A stretch of DNA of 64,000 nucleotides, from NCBI RefSeq assembly GCF_009914755.1, contig NC_060944.1; one strand, written 5' to 3'. The notes beneath the pieces are model-generated. The model did not search any database, had not been told where the DNA came from, and saw only the letters and a list, made by a program, of their open reading frames with translations. The stretch comes from the human T2T-CHM13v2.0 reference genome, Homo sapiens. The position numbers were made by a program, and so were the translations under genes. Shown piece after piece: positions 11,776 to 24,235 of the stretch. Each line of letters opens with the position of its first letter. Position 1 is the first letter of the stretch.

Positions 11776-13489
11776 TTAGTCTTCAAAGCTTGTTCAAAGA
11801 TACGATTTCCACAGAACAAGACTTTCATTGACTCATTTCTCCCACATAAGTATACCCATATACTCTCAATGAGTATGGTGAAAGGTATAAGATACATCCT
11901 TCGAAATTTAAGCCACTGAGCCCCAAGCCAGATACCACATACTCTCATTGAGCGTACAGAGATACACTTACATGAGAGTGCTGTCCTAAGCACTGAGATG
12001 CAAAGGAATGGTGTAAGTTCCTCCCTTTGTGGACATAAAAACACATGATTAAAAAGTGACAGAGCCAGGATTTGAATTGAGTATCTTGTCTCTAAATCAA
12101 TTGTTCTTTTCTCTGCTTTCTGTCTGTGGATGCAAAATGCTTTTATATGCCTTCCTGAAGAGTTTTGAAGGTATACGTCATTTGTTGATTACAAGAATGT
12201 TCCATTTATATCAAAGTAAAATAATATTAGTTTTTATATCCCATAAGCAAAGCTACATAAAAAAATCTTGTACACATTTAGTTTGTTTTTCAGCCCATTT
12301 GGTTTCCTGGGAAAAACATGGTACATGGTGAGTTTGATCAGTCAATATTGCCTGTGATTTCTGAGTTGATTTTGCAGTTAGACAAAGGTTTAAGAAGAGC
12401 CAAGTTTAGTCTCATAGCAGCCAGAGGTCCCATTCATCTGATAACTGAGGTCTTAGATAAAGGCAAAAAGCCATCTATGGGCTTTTTGATAAACCCTTCA
12501 CATCAAGGCTGATATCTCAGGAAGGGCCAGGCCAAAGGTGTAAGACACATCCTTCAAAATTTAAGCCACTGATGCCCAAGCCAGAAATTACATCTGCTGA
12601 TATTTTGAAGTCCAAGGGAAGGGTGGAGCTGCAGATGGAGAATTAAGAAATTTATTACTTCTTCAAGAGGGCAGGCAGATAGATTGGCAACTTGTGGGGG
12701 ACTCTGAGTGCCTTGTTCACAACAGACTCCAGGTTTTTAGTTTCTTGATGCCATAGTCAGACAGTGGTTTAATGTCTGGGAAGTATAGGAAGAACGTGGA
12801 GGAAGCATTAAGACCTCCACATTGATCTTAAAACACTCATGCTCAGTGTAATTTATATTTGTACTGACCAGTTTAGCACTCCTCTGGGATGGATCACTTA
12901 ATTAGAAAGAATTAAAAAAGCTGTTGTTTGATGTATGTGTCTTAATTATTTCCAAGTGGCAGAATTGATTCCCCCGTTATGAATTTGCCTCCATTTGTGA
13001 GACTAATGAAACCCCATTAAAGGGAATGGAAGGTCAGAGGTCACCCTTTCTTTACATTTAATGTCCTCAAGCTGGTAGATTATTTATGAGGCTTATTATG
13101 CTTTGGATAATGTTCCCAGTTTTTCAGAAGAGCTACATTGCTGTGTAACCACGAGATACCACACATCTCTTCATTGCACTTGCACTCCAGATGTCAACTA
13201 GAAAGTAGACTGGGAATATGATTAATCGCCATGGGTATTGGCAGTAATCAATATGGCTTCCATAATCTCAGATACAGGGACTTGGCCACTATGGGCTATA
13301 CAGCTTGTTCTAACCCAAAGTTGTAGATAGTGCTTTGTATTCTAAAGAGAAAGACAATGCATTTTTACCAAGAGAATTCATAGACTGCATTCTAAGATGT
13401 TTTTTCTTTTGGATTTCAATAGAAATTTCAAACAAAAAAATATATATCCCCCTGGAAAATGAGAACATACAGCATAACTGTGAGAAGGA

Positions 13490-13710
13490 TGATAAGTTTG
13501 TGTTCCTAAAATAGACTTCTTGGGTTCAAATACCAACTTCTTTACCTATAATTCGTGTGGGGTAGTCACTTAACATCTCCATGTCTCAGTTTCCTCCTCT
13601 GTAAACTGGGCATAAGAAACAATGTTGAGAAATAAATGAGCAATTTTAGCAGAAGTGCTTTGAATAATTTCTGGTACACATTAAGCACTTAATAAGTGTT
13701 ATTATTATGA
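13490..13710 (+). mobile_element. MIR SINE
   Basis: tgggttcaaatacc...gtcacttaacatctccatgtctcagtttcctcctctgtaaactggg. Confidence 0.8.
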
Positions 13711-13999
13711 AGATTTATAATTTCTCATGGGATTAGTTTCTTTATTTCCACCCCACTTCTGCCCCACAGCTTAACTTTTGGACTGGTCCAGTGGGTTGAC
13801 TCTTTGGTGGATTTTCTGTTTATTTGACTCTGGTTTGTCCCAGCTTTCCTTCAAGTCCATACTCTGCTGGCTTCTCTCTCTGTGCCCATTGCCTCTTCTG
13901 GGGGTGATTTCTCAGAAGCCAGTTCTCATCAGGACAGGAAATGGAAAGTCACTGTGCATGTTTTTGTGTAAGGGGCCATGGTAGGGTAGTGGTCAGATC

Positions 14000-14210
14000 A
14001 CAGGTTTTGGAGCCAGATGAATCAGGTACAGGTTTTAAAATGTATAATGGGGGCTTCCTAGGTATATAACATCCATCAAATTATTTCCCCACTCTAAGCC
14101 TCACATATAAAATGGGTATAATTCATAAAGTGGTTGTGAGATTTAAATGTAACAAAGTGCTTGGCATAATTCATGGCTAAGGGATGTCTTTAATACATGT
14201 TAGCTCTTCT
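14000..14210 (+). mobile_element. MIR SINE (degenerate)
   Basis: ttttggagccaga...ctctaagcctc...taaaatgggtataat...ggttgtgagatttaaatg...aaagtgcttggcata. Confidence 0.65.
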
Positions 14211-15159
14211 ATTTATGTGTACATACACACAAAACACATGGTCACCAGCTAATACCAAGGTCCCCACAATATGAAGAGATTGTTACCTTTCAAGAACTTA
14301 CTGATAGATCATTTAAAATTTAAAAATCTGCCATCTAGTTTCTAATCAACACTGTTTCGAGTTGTCTTTATCAGCTTTTAAATGAGGAATCTCACTGAAT
14401 TATGCAAATGCAAAGCGAAAAATTTTACCACGGCCAAAGTGCTAGGGGTTCAGACAGCTCTATTCTTCTTTTCCATCTTCTCTGTTTTTAGAAAACCCAT
14501 GGGTGTACTCTCATTTGTTTAGGTGGTCAGTGAGATGGTATTCCTCATGGCCAATGAAAGGCCTGACACACTCCTCTGACAGATGGCAAGCGCTGGGCCC
14601 TCATGAATTTGTTACTGCCATAATTGAAATCACATTTGAGCCTTGTCCTTCACCACTGGAGAGAAATGGGGGGTTTTACTTGCAAAATGTGGAGCTGGGA
14701 AATCCTTCAGAAGGTGAAGGATGTGTTGAGGACAAGACTAGAACCCCCGTCATGTGGTTGATGCCCCAGTTCAGGGATGACCCTTGATCAGGCTTGGTTG
14801 GATTCCTCACAGCTGCAAGAGATAGGGTTGAAGAGAAACAGGGAAGCCCAGTTACCCCGGCTTTGATTCTTTAAAAAATCTAAACCTGTGTGGAGGGCTA
14901 CCATTGCCCTGTATTCTATACCACAGGACTCAAGACACGTTTTCCCCATCTCTTGAGTTCCTGGTGGCCCAGGCTTTGAGGGGCACAACAGCACATACTT
15001 TGTTAATCACTGGGTAGTTCCCATGGTGGATTGTGATGGAGTCACTTTGGATGGTCACTGGCTTTTTACCTAAAATATCCTGAGATGGGCAGAATGATTT
15101 GTGGTGACCATGGTTCAACCCCACATGACAAATTTCCACCCAGATGGCATTATTTTAAA

Positions 15160-15345
15160 ATAATAATAGCTTCAATTTATCATGTGCTTAATCTGTAGCA
15201 AGGCCAGCATTTTAAATTTAAGATCATACTTTATCTTCACAGAAACCCGGAGAGGCAGCTGCTACCATCATTTTCATTTTACAGGTGAGAAACTAAAGCC
15301 CAGAGAGAGGATGTTTCACATAATCTGCATAGCTAGAAAAGAGGA
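15160..15345 (-). mobile_element. MIR SINE
   Basis: cattttacaggtgagaaactaaagcccagagag. Confidence 0.75.
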
Positions 15346-15371
15346 GAGTCATCCCTAGAGTGACTTATACC

Positions 15372-15475
15372 TAGAATGACCATATAGTTCATTGTCTGAG
15401 CTGTGACATTTTTCAGAGTGAAAAGGGGCATTATTAATTATGACACCAGGGCCATCCACACAAACTGGGACACAA
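15372..15475. mobile_element. MER94-like hAT-Blackjack MITE
   Basis: tgaccatatagttcattgtc...gagtgaaaaggggcattattaattat...caaactgggaca. Confidence 0.65.
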
Positions 15476-15730
15476 GCTCTTATCAACCACCAAACTTTGT
15501 TAACCCTCTAACAGAGCTTTTTCTTTTTCTTCCTTCCTTTCTTCTTCTTCTTTTTTAAACAAATCAATCCAGGGAAGTGATTAAAAGTGAGTCTTCCAGG
15601 CATCTTTTGCTGGGTTGGAAGATGAACACTTCTGGGGCAGAGAAGCCTTTGAACATTCCTTAAAGGCATACATATTTGCTGATCCCCTGCCCCATCTTGT
15701 CTCAGTCTCCAACCCAGGGTTCAATTAAAT

Positions 15731-15884
15731 GCCCCTTCCCTTCCCTTCCCTTCCCTTCCCTTCCCTTCCCTTCCCTTCCCTCCCCTCCCCTCCCCTCCTG
15801 TCCCTTCCCCTCCCCTCCTCCCTCCCTCTCTCTCTTTCTCTTTCTCAATCTTTCTCTTTCCTTCCTTCCTTCCTTCCTTCCTTC

Positions 15885-15939
<55 letters not shown>

Positions 15940-16045
15940 TTTGTTTCTTTTTCTTTCTTTCTCTTACTCTCTCTCTTTCTTTCTCTCTTTTTTCCTTTCT
16001 TCTCTTCTTCTCCTCCTTCTCTTCATTATCCTCCTTCCTCTACTT
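15731..16045 (+). repeat. Compound polypyrimidine microsatellite (CCCTT)n-(CCCCT)n-(CTTC)n-(CTTT)n
   Basis: About 310 bp of almost purely C/T on the + strand, seen directly. Confidence 0.97.
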
Positions 16046-18084
16046 TTAATGTGCCCTGTATTCACCAGTGTTACACTTTTATTTTGATTCTCAAGGAACC
16101 TTCTCAAAATCAACATTGTGCGTCAACATGCTAGGGAAGATGAGAGGCTTCACTTTGTACTGAATACCAGTTAGATATTTTTGTCACCAATAATGTTGGG
16201 ATAAAATAAGTCAGATAAATCTCTAAAGTCTTCACAGGCAGGACTACTGTGAATTTAATTCTCAGGGAAGGAGACATGGGGAGAATCATCTGAATTTAGA
16301 ATTACTTAGTAGAAAGTTTTGGGATATGAAGGCAAAGAAAATTGGAACATAAAATATTCTGATCATCTTCTTCACAAGACGTGTTCCAGAACACAGGAAG
16401 ATAGGATCAATCCAGTTGTGCCAAATATTGATAAGCTGTGGCTCTTAGTTAAATATTCATGACAAGGATGTTGGCTTTTATCCAGGGGCACAATAGTTTG
16501 CTTTGTTTGGGGTAGGTGATGCCATTCACACTTTCTCAGAATAAACACAGATGACTCCAAATTGGATCATCTGGGACTTGGATATTAGTAGTCTTTGCAA
16601 ACTTTGGTTGGGCAGTGCTCTTCAGGGAAAATTTAGTTGGCCTTTTTTGAAGGGCTTGTTTCTGCAAGGGGTACCATCAGAGGGACCTTTGGAGTGTGGG
16701 GACAACTGTCTCATAGCTTGCCAGAACATAGATGTTCTGGCCTCTGAGCAAAACAAATGAGGGGTTCCTGGATGACTCCATCTTGGTGGAATGGTCTATT
16801 TTGAAGAATGTTTTAATTAGTAGGTTGTAACTAGGACTGGCCTTAGGGAAGCCCAAATCTTTTGCTGCCTTCATTTGTAAAGGCCAGAGCTCACAACCTG
16901 ATTGCCAAAGTAAGAAAGAAGCTCATGATTATGTGTCATCAAGCAAGTAACTGTGGAAAATTGGAGCTTCATCTCTCTGGGTGACTCTGTGAGGCAGGGT
17001 AGAACATGTATCTTAGAGTTATTCTGCCCATGAGGCAAGAGCTGGGGCATTAACCCCTGACATTCATTGGGGAGGAGGTGCTCCTTTTGGTATTGGACAT
17101 CAATTTTTTTGTGTGTTTCCAGCTTACAATGTAAATGGGCAGAGTGGGTTCCAGCAGCCAGAGACAGAGAGTCTCCAGGCAAAGAATCTCAGGAGCTGGC
17201 TGGCTCTATTACCAATCACGCAAATGGTAAGTGTAGATGGGATCTGAATAGAGCATGGATAACATCTGTGACACAGTCCTTTGCAATGGGGGCAATGGCA
17301 GGTGAAGAAGACAGGAGGAAAAGGGTGGGATAAATGAGGGAGAGTTTTTAAGAAGAACCCCAGTCTAGCCTATACCCAAGGCCTCACAAAGTCTCTGAAA
17401 GTTATTCCCTTGGAGTTGTGTCCCACAGTCTCTAACCGAGAGTTGTTCAATATAAATGAGGATCAGTAATGTAAAGTAACTGAGAGCCCCAAAGTTGAGC
17501 TTCTTGGTAGTCAGTGAAATCTCTGAATGCAATTGTTGGTGTGTGGATTCCTATGTTTATTTTTATAGTCCTTTTTATTCATTGAAATACAAAGACAAGA
17601 AGAGTTAAGAACCACAGTTTTAGAACTTACAGATAAAATTGAAGTGCATTTGTTTTGTTTTAGCTTTTTGGATATTTGAAACCACTCACTTCAGTCATTT
17701 CTTTTGTCATTTTAATGAATTATTTGTGTTCTCCATTTTCTTTCAATTTCTATATAGCGATTTCAACTGAATAAATTTTAAGTATTCTGGATCTGACATA
17801 CAGAAATAATGCACAGATTTTCAAAATGTTGAGTTTTGTTTGTTTCTCTTTATATCAGTGGGATTTTCTCTTCTACATATCTGGAAATAAATAGGCTTCT
17901 GTTATCATTTTATACATTTATAATATCTATAACCATATAGTTCTTAAATGGCATATAATTATCTGGGTATAAATGATCAGACTAATGCATGTCGCCTTTT
18001 TGGGTTAATAGTTAGGGGTATGTGTGTATGAATCCCACTCCCCCAACTTTGTTTTTCTACTGAGTTTTAATGATAAATCAATGA

Positions 18085-18388
<304 letters not shown>

Positions 18389-20672
18389 TTATATCAATAT
18401 AATTTTTATTTCCATATATTTACATAATCTCTTGTCTCTCTCACACACACACACTTTGAACATGAATTTTTCACAGAAATTAAGAACATACAATCAGCTT
18501 TTTGCTCATCATATTTCACATTTGGCATTTTAGAGAGGAAAGTGTGTCTTCAGATCTCTGGATCTGAGTTGCTAATAGGAGGGTTGTGATGGGGAGGGTA
18601 AAGGGGACTTTGGTAGCATCTCACATAGTAACAATGGCAGCTAGTCTTAAAATAGCTGAAGAAGTTAGAAGGTAGAAGATTCTACATCTGAAAGTTCCAG
18701 AGAATATTAGGGCTTTGCCCCAAACCCAAACCTCTTTTAAGACAGATGTGAGATTTTTGTTCCATTGGACAGAGAGTAGCCAAGTTGGCATTGGTTTCAT
18801 TGATAAGGTAGGTCAAGTCTATCTTATCAAAAAGAGACAAATTCTTATCCACAGAAGAGTTAAATACTAAAATTTTACTCACAAGTTCATGCTGCATCAT
18901 TTCATTTCTTTGTAAAATATTCATTGAGCACCTAATATGCTCCAAGTACCTATCGTTCTAGGTGCCAGCTCTCAATAGCTATTCCTACCCTCTTAATTTA
19001 CCTGAAAGTAAAGGCCATGAAGCTCTGCTTCCTGCACTTCTCTGTTTTTTGCCTACAGGTGGGCGGGCATGTATACACTTGTTAATCATTTGCCTGGGCC
19101 TTGAACTCTTGGGAGAAGCATTCTAAGCATGGAAAGAATTCTACTAAGAATTGCCTATCGATCAACTACCCTTTAGAATTTTTGAAAGGCCAGCTTTATT
19201 TGCACATGTAATCCTCTAAGGAACACAGATATTCTAATCTAAAGCATGAAAAACAGTAATTCATTGTTGTACTCAAGCAAGGTATAAACCACGGGAAATG
19301 ATGCTTTAACAGAATAATGGTGTCAAATAATTAGGGCTTCTAGGGATTTGGAGCCAAGTCCTGCCTCAATCATTTCCTGGCTATGGAGCAAGTTCTATAA
19401 TCAGAGTTGGGCCACTGGGGCCTCTGCACTGTACCCTGTGCTCTAACAGGCCATGCCTGTTAGATTTGCATTTCTCCCCATTCATCCTGCTCCTCATGGA
19501 GGCAAGAAGTTCACAAGGCTAGGGAACATACCCACCTAAAACCCACACTGTCCTTTCAGAATATGCTTGGAGTAACCTTGACCAGGATCCACTGCTAAAA
19601 CTGCCCTTAGTCCTTCTTAGGGCCTGCAGGGGACTCTTCTCTCAGTTTGTCCTCCAGAGGGTGAATTGCACTACTGGCATACACACTTTTAAGCCTGAGG
19701 AGTGGCGAAGGGGCAGCTGTTTACTGGGTGGTAATGCGTAGAGGAATCTTGGGTAGGTAGCCTGCACTAGATAATAGATACAAGGCAATTAGACAGTCCA
19801 TGTTCAGCAAACATTTGCTATAAGTTTGATCACTGGTAAAAAATAAGCCAACATCCATAATGTCTAAATTGTTTCTTTCTACATCTGATAAAAAGAGAGG
19901 AAAAGGTTAGCATGAGATTGAGCCATGGTGACTGGGTGCATTTATTGTATTCTAAGAGACAGACCTCCTGCATGGACATTTAGCTGTAGTTACATAGAAT
20001 GGGGCATGGTTAATCAGGTTTTTCAATTAATTTTTTTTAAAAATTTTCCATCCCCAGTGTGTAGAAGAGGGGCATACCTTTAGACAAAGACAGAACGTAA
20101 ATTGTGTGAAGGAGAAGAAAAAAATATCAAATGCACTCTGAAAGCATACAGGGAAAGATGATAAGAAAATATTTGATATATTATGCCCTTCAGAGATACC
20201 TTATCAAAGTCTGGGTCAGCTTCATTGGTTTCACAAAATAGTCTTGTTATGGGGACATTTTCCAGGGACAGCCAGTCCTGTGACAGTTGTTTTTGGGGTT
20301 TCAAGTTCAAGAGAGATTACTGTCTCCAAAGCATCATTTTAAAAGACTTTTTTAAATGGCAGGGGGTAGGTAATTTAATCTATACATTGTTGTAAAAACG
20401 GGCACATGGGCTTTGGGTTGCTATAGCAATCAGGCAGCTCAAGCAACAGGAACCAGGTGAAGCTTTGCTGCATACATGATGTGAGTGACAGAGGCTGAGG
20501 TGGAGAAGGAAGAGGAAATCTCATCGAGTGTATAGTCAATAGCAAATGCTTTCAAAGTGAAAATGCTCAGTGGCAAGTGACTTCAAAAGCTGCAAGGTGG
20601 TGTCCAGACCAAAAAAAGCATCCCCTTTAGGGCCCTGGCTGCTGAAAATTTTTAGGATCAGTAATGAAGTGT

Positions 20673-21105
20673 TGTCTTACGTTAGGTTCCCCAGATGCAG
20701 AGTTTGAGACAAGAATTTAGTGCACATGATTTATTGAAGTCCTCTGAGGAGAGAGACAGTGATGGAAGTAGGATGGGTCCGGAAAGATGTTGAGCAAGTG
20801 TATAGGCTTAGCTGGAGTTGAGTTTCAGCCTCATCTCATGGGGAGCTCTACAGTTTGATCTTACCTTAAGGTCAGAAAACTGTTTCTATTTATTTATTAA
20901 ATTCACTATCAGTTGATTATTGGATATCTCTCCATAGCCCCCATCAGGAGCAGGAAAGTGTAACCTTTCAGGCAAAGTGGCTCTGGTTTGGCCAAGGGAA
21001 ATTATCCAAATAAGGGGCAACTGTAAAACACTCACAGCAGCTGGGGAATGGGCAGAGTAGCCTGTTAAAGAAAACTGGGGTGGGGAACCCAGAACGTCCA
21101 TTACA
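20673..21105 (-). mobile_element. ERVL LTR16-family solo LTR
   Basis: tgtcttacgttaggttccccagatgcagagtttgagacaagaattt...atttattg is the reverse of the LTR16 3' end. Confidence 0.7.
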
Positions 21106-22729
21106 AGCATTGTGATATGTGATTATATGTGTGTGCATGTATGTGTATATGCATAGATTTAACTTCTAGCCTTAGGATTATGCTTACATAATCATGTTTC
21201 TGGGAATCACAAATATGGGTTTCAAATATGATTACATCTATTTACATGTAGATATATTTAGTCCACTTATGAGTATTAAAAAGACTTATGGCATAGCTGA
21301 AGTCTTTCCAGAGTGCTGAATTCCTACTCTGTACAAAGCTGTATACTCTGGGACAACATTCAGTCCCAATTGTGTAAACCCTAGTACTAATCCATGGGAT
21401 TTGGCTTTACCTTCATGCTAGGGAGTGAGTTGAGAACAAGGACTGTCTTTAGGGTAGAGAAGTGGGAGGTTTGCATTAAACCTTTGAAGATACGCTGCAG
21501 AAGAGTCTTCCACTGACTTCATTAGAATTATAAGGAAAGAGAGAGAAAATTCTTCCTCTGGCTTTTCTTTTGGTGAAATGGGCTGAGGATGCAGGCAGCT
21601 TGAATCCATTTCCCCTCCCCTTGCTATGGGGTCCAGGAGTTAACTCCCAAGGGTATGTGATGTTGAGACAAAGTCAACATGAAAGCTATTCCATATTTCT
21701 GGTTTGCCATGATTTCAATTTCCATTGCTCAAGTAATACGGTTGTTCCCTGATTTCAGCAAACTATCTATATCCTTGCAGCTTGTCAGCTACTGCTGCAT
21801 TTCATATCAGACCAAAGCAAATTAGCCACAGCACTTCCAATTAACATGACCAGCATTGTGCTGCATATAAACAAAACTGGTAAAACATACACCTTGCATC
21901 TTAGAGTGGAATTGAGGATAGCTTCCCTCCCCACCTATGTCTTGTGCACACCCAACACAAGGAGTGAATTGCAGAGATTTTTAAAGGGTATAATGCCAGT
22001 TGTATCCAGCAGCTTGCATTCTACTTAAGATCCAATAGTAAATATAGGAAAAGAAAATAGGCACCCAGTTTTCTATTCCTTAGAACTACCTTAGAATTTT
22101 CAGAGGACTTTTTTATTGGTCACCTGGGCAAAAAATAAGATAAAATAAACATGTGAACAATATTGTAGAAAACTATTATAAGCTGTTTCAGTGGTATTAA
22201 AAAGTTCTCTATCACACGGATGCCTAAAAAACAGGTCAACAGGAGATGTAGAGGCCACAGAACTAGAAAAAGCAGTATAACTTTTACAATGCAGTTACAT
22301 TAACATCCTAACTGAATTCCTTCATTGTGGGGTTCATAATTGACTGAAGTTTTTAAAACCTTTTTACTACTTAAAAAAGTAGCTTAAGCTTTTGATTTTT
22401 CTGTGTTCTATTATTTATATTCTTGTTCAGAGTATGGATTTGGAGGGGTGTTTTTGACAATTGGTTCAATTTCTAAGGATCAAAGACCTAAGTAAGGTAT
22501 GACTCTCTGTCCCTGCCTCCATCCCAGAATGGCCGCTTTACCATCATGCAATTAGAAGTTGTAACTGCTTTGCTAACAGCACTGTAGAACCATGCCACTC
22601 AAGTATCCTAGAACAAAGAAGTAGGGAAGACGTCTGGGCAGGGTTAATAGTCTTTCAGAACTGTCTCTGACTTGAATAAGCTGAGTGACTTTCTCTGGCT
22701 AAAGAACAATAGAAAGTATGATGCAAGCA

Positions 22730-23042
22730 GAGACTTGCAATGTGTTTGAGCATTGGGGCTGGGTCTTTCTTACTGCTCTTTGCACCTTGAGACCACCAAG
22801 TGAAGGAGCCTGAGTTTGTCTACTAGAGGATGAGACACCTGACCCAATCACCAAACATGTGAGTGAAGTTATCTCAAATAAACCAATCACCAGCTGACCA
22901 CAGGCACAGGCACCTGAGAGCCCAGCATGTCATTCAAGCTTTCCCAGACCTGATCTGCCCAGATGACCCACAGAATAATAAGCAAAATAAATGGTTGTTG
23001 TTTTAAGCCAGTAAGATTTGGGTTGGTCTAAAGAAAACTGAC
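22730..23042 (+). mobile_element. MaLR LTR fragment (MLT1H-like)
   Basis: gacccacagaataataagcaaaataaatggttgttgttttaagccagtaagatttggg. Confidence 0.75.
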
Positions 23043-23864
23043 GTAGCTTTGAAAACACAGTGGCCCATATAATTTTTAAAGTCATCTTATGTTCACAAAC
23101 TCTTAATTATCCTTGCGTTACTGTGAAAGGTAGATTAATTTTTATCTTTTAGTGCAACAAGTGGGTGGATCTAGAATTCCTCATTTGCAGGTAGTTTATT
23201 CTTAGGACTAAGCAGCCCTAGCACCCCATTAGAGGCAAAAACTCTTAAGAACTACTGGGATACACTCTATTTACCCTTTTGTGCTCAACCAAATTTCTAC
23301 TCCTCCATTCCCTCTACCCTGAGGGCATCTTAGCAGAGAAAGAAACTTCCTGGCCCGTACTTTTCATACTCTACCTGTAGAATAGGGGCCACATGAAGGG
23401 TTTCTGTCAGACTCTCTCTGCTCATCAATGCCTGTCATAGAACTTACACTGAGCTGGGCTCAGCTGGTTAGTGATGTGACTTTACCAATATTGAGGGTCA
23501 TTGCAAAGCAAGGACCTGACAAGTAGAGCCGGGCTGTAGCCTGAGATTTGGTCCTGGCACAAAGGAAACAAATTACTTAATGAATGACTGCAAGTCCTTG
23601 ATCCACCGAATGTGGGCCTTTACCTGCCTAACACGAGTGTTGACTTGTTAGCTAACACATTCCACCTGGAAGAGTCAGCAGGGAAACCCCAAGCTGGCCT
23701 GGCTCTGGCTACAAGAATTCCTGGCACATCAACTGCCGAATAATGGAGTGAAGCTTGCAAACAGAGGAGATATTTTGATTCTTAAGCCACTAGTTCCAGA
23801 TGTTCACTTCTGAGATTTCTTTGCAGATGCAAAGGAGTTGCAGGGTATAAAGAATATGAAGAAG

Positions 23865-23985
23865 AGAATCAAGAAACCTGACTTCTTGCCAGAGCTCTGC
23901 CAACCATTAAATGTGTGAATGTGGCCAAGGCACTGTCCTTTTGGGAGCCTCCATTTTGTCACTGGTAAAATGAGGAAGCTGAATA
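23865..23985 (+). mobile_element. MIR fragment
   Basis: gctctgccaaccattaaatgtgtga...gagcctccattttgtcactggtaaaatgagg. Confidence 0.6.
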
Positions 23986-24089
23986 TATTTTCTCTTGGGA
24001 ACCTTTGAGGTCTATGTATATGTCTTATTCAAGTGCATAAATACTCTAAGAGAGAAAGGATCTTTGCATCTTAGAGAAGTATATAAACT

Positions 24090-24235
24090 CTAATATGCAT
24101 AAAGAAACAGCTGGGAATCTTACAGTGAACATTCTATTCAGGAAGTCTGGGTGGGGCCTGAGAATCTGAATTCTATTAAGCTCCCTGGTGATGCAGATGC
24201 TGCGAGCCTATGGACCTCACTTTGAGTAGCAAGAC
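24090..24235. mobile_element. MER5A MITE
   Basis: gtctgggtggggcctgagaatctg...ggtgatgcagatgctgc...cactttgagtagc. Confidence 0.8.

Noticed and set aside
15132-15152. CTCF-like CACCCAGATGGCA
   Set aside because: Mismatches at informative 5' positions; not supportable from sequence alone.
15676-16134. Pro/Ser/Phe/Leu-rich ORFs
   Set aside because: Artefact of a stop-free pyrimidine microsatellite.
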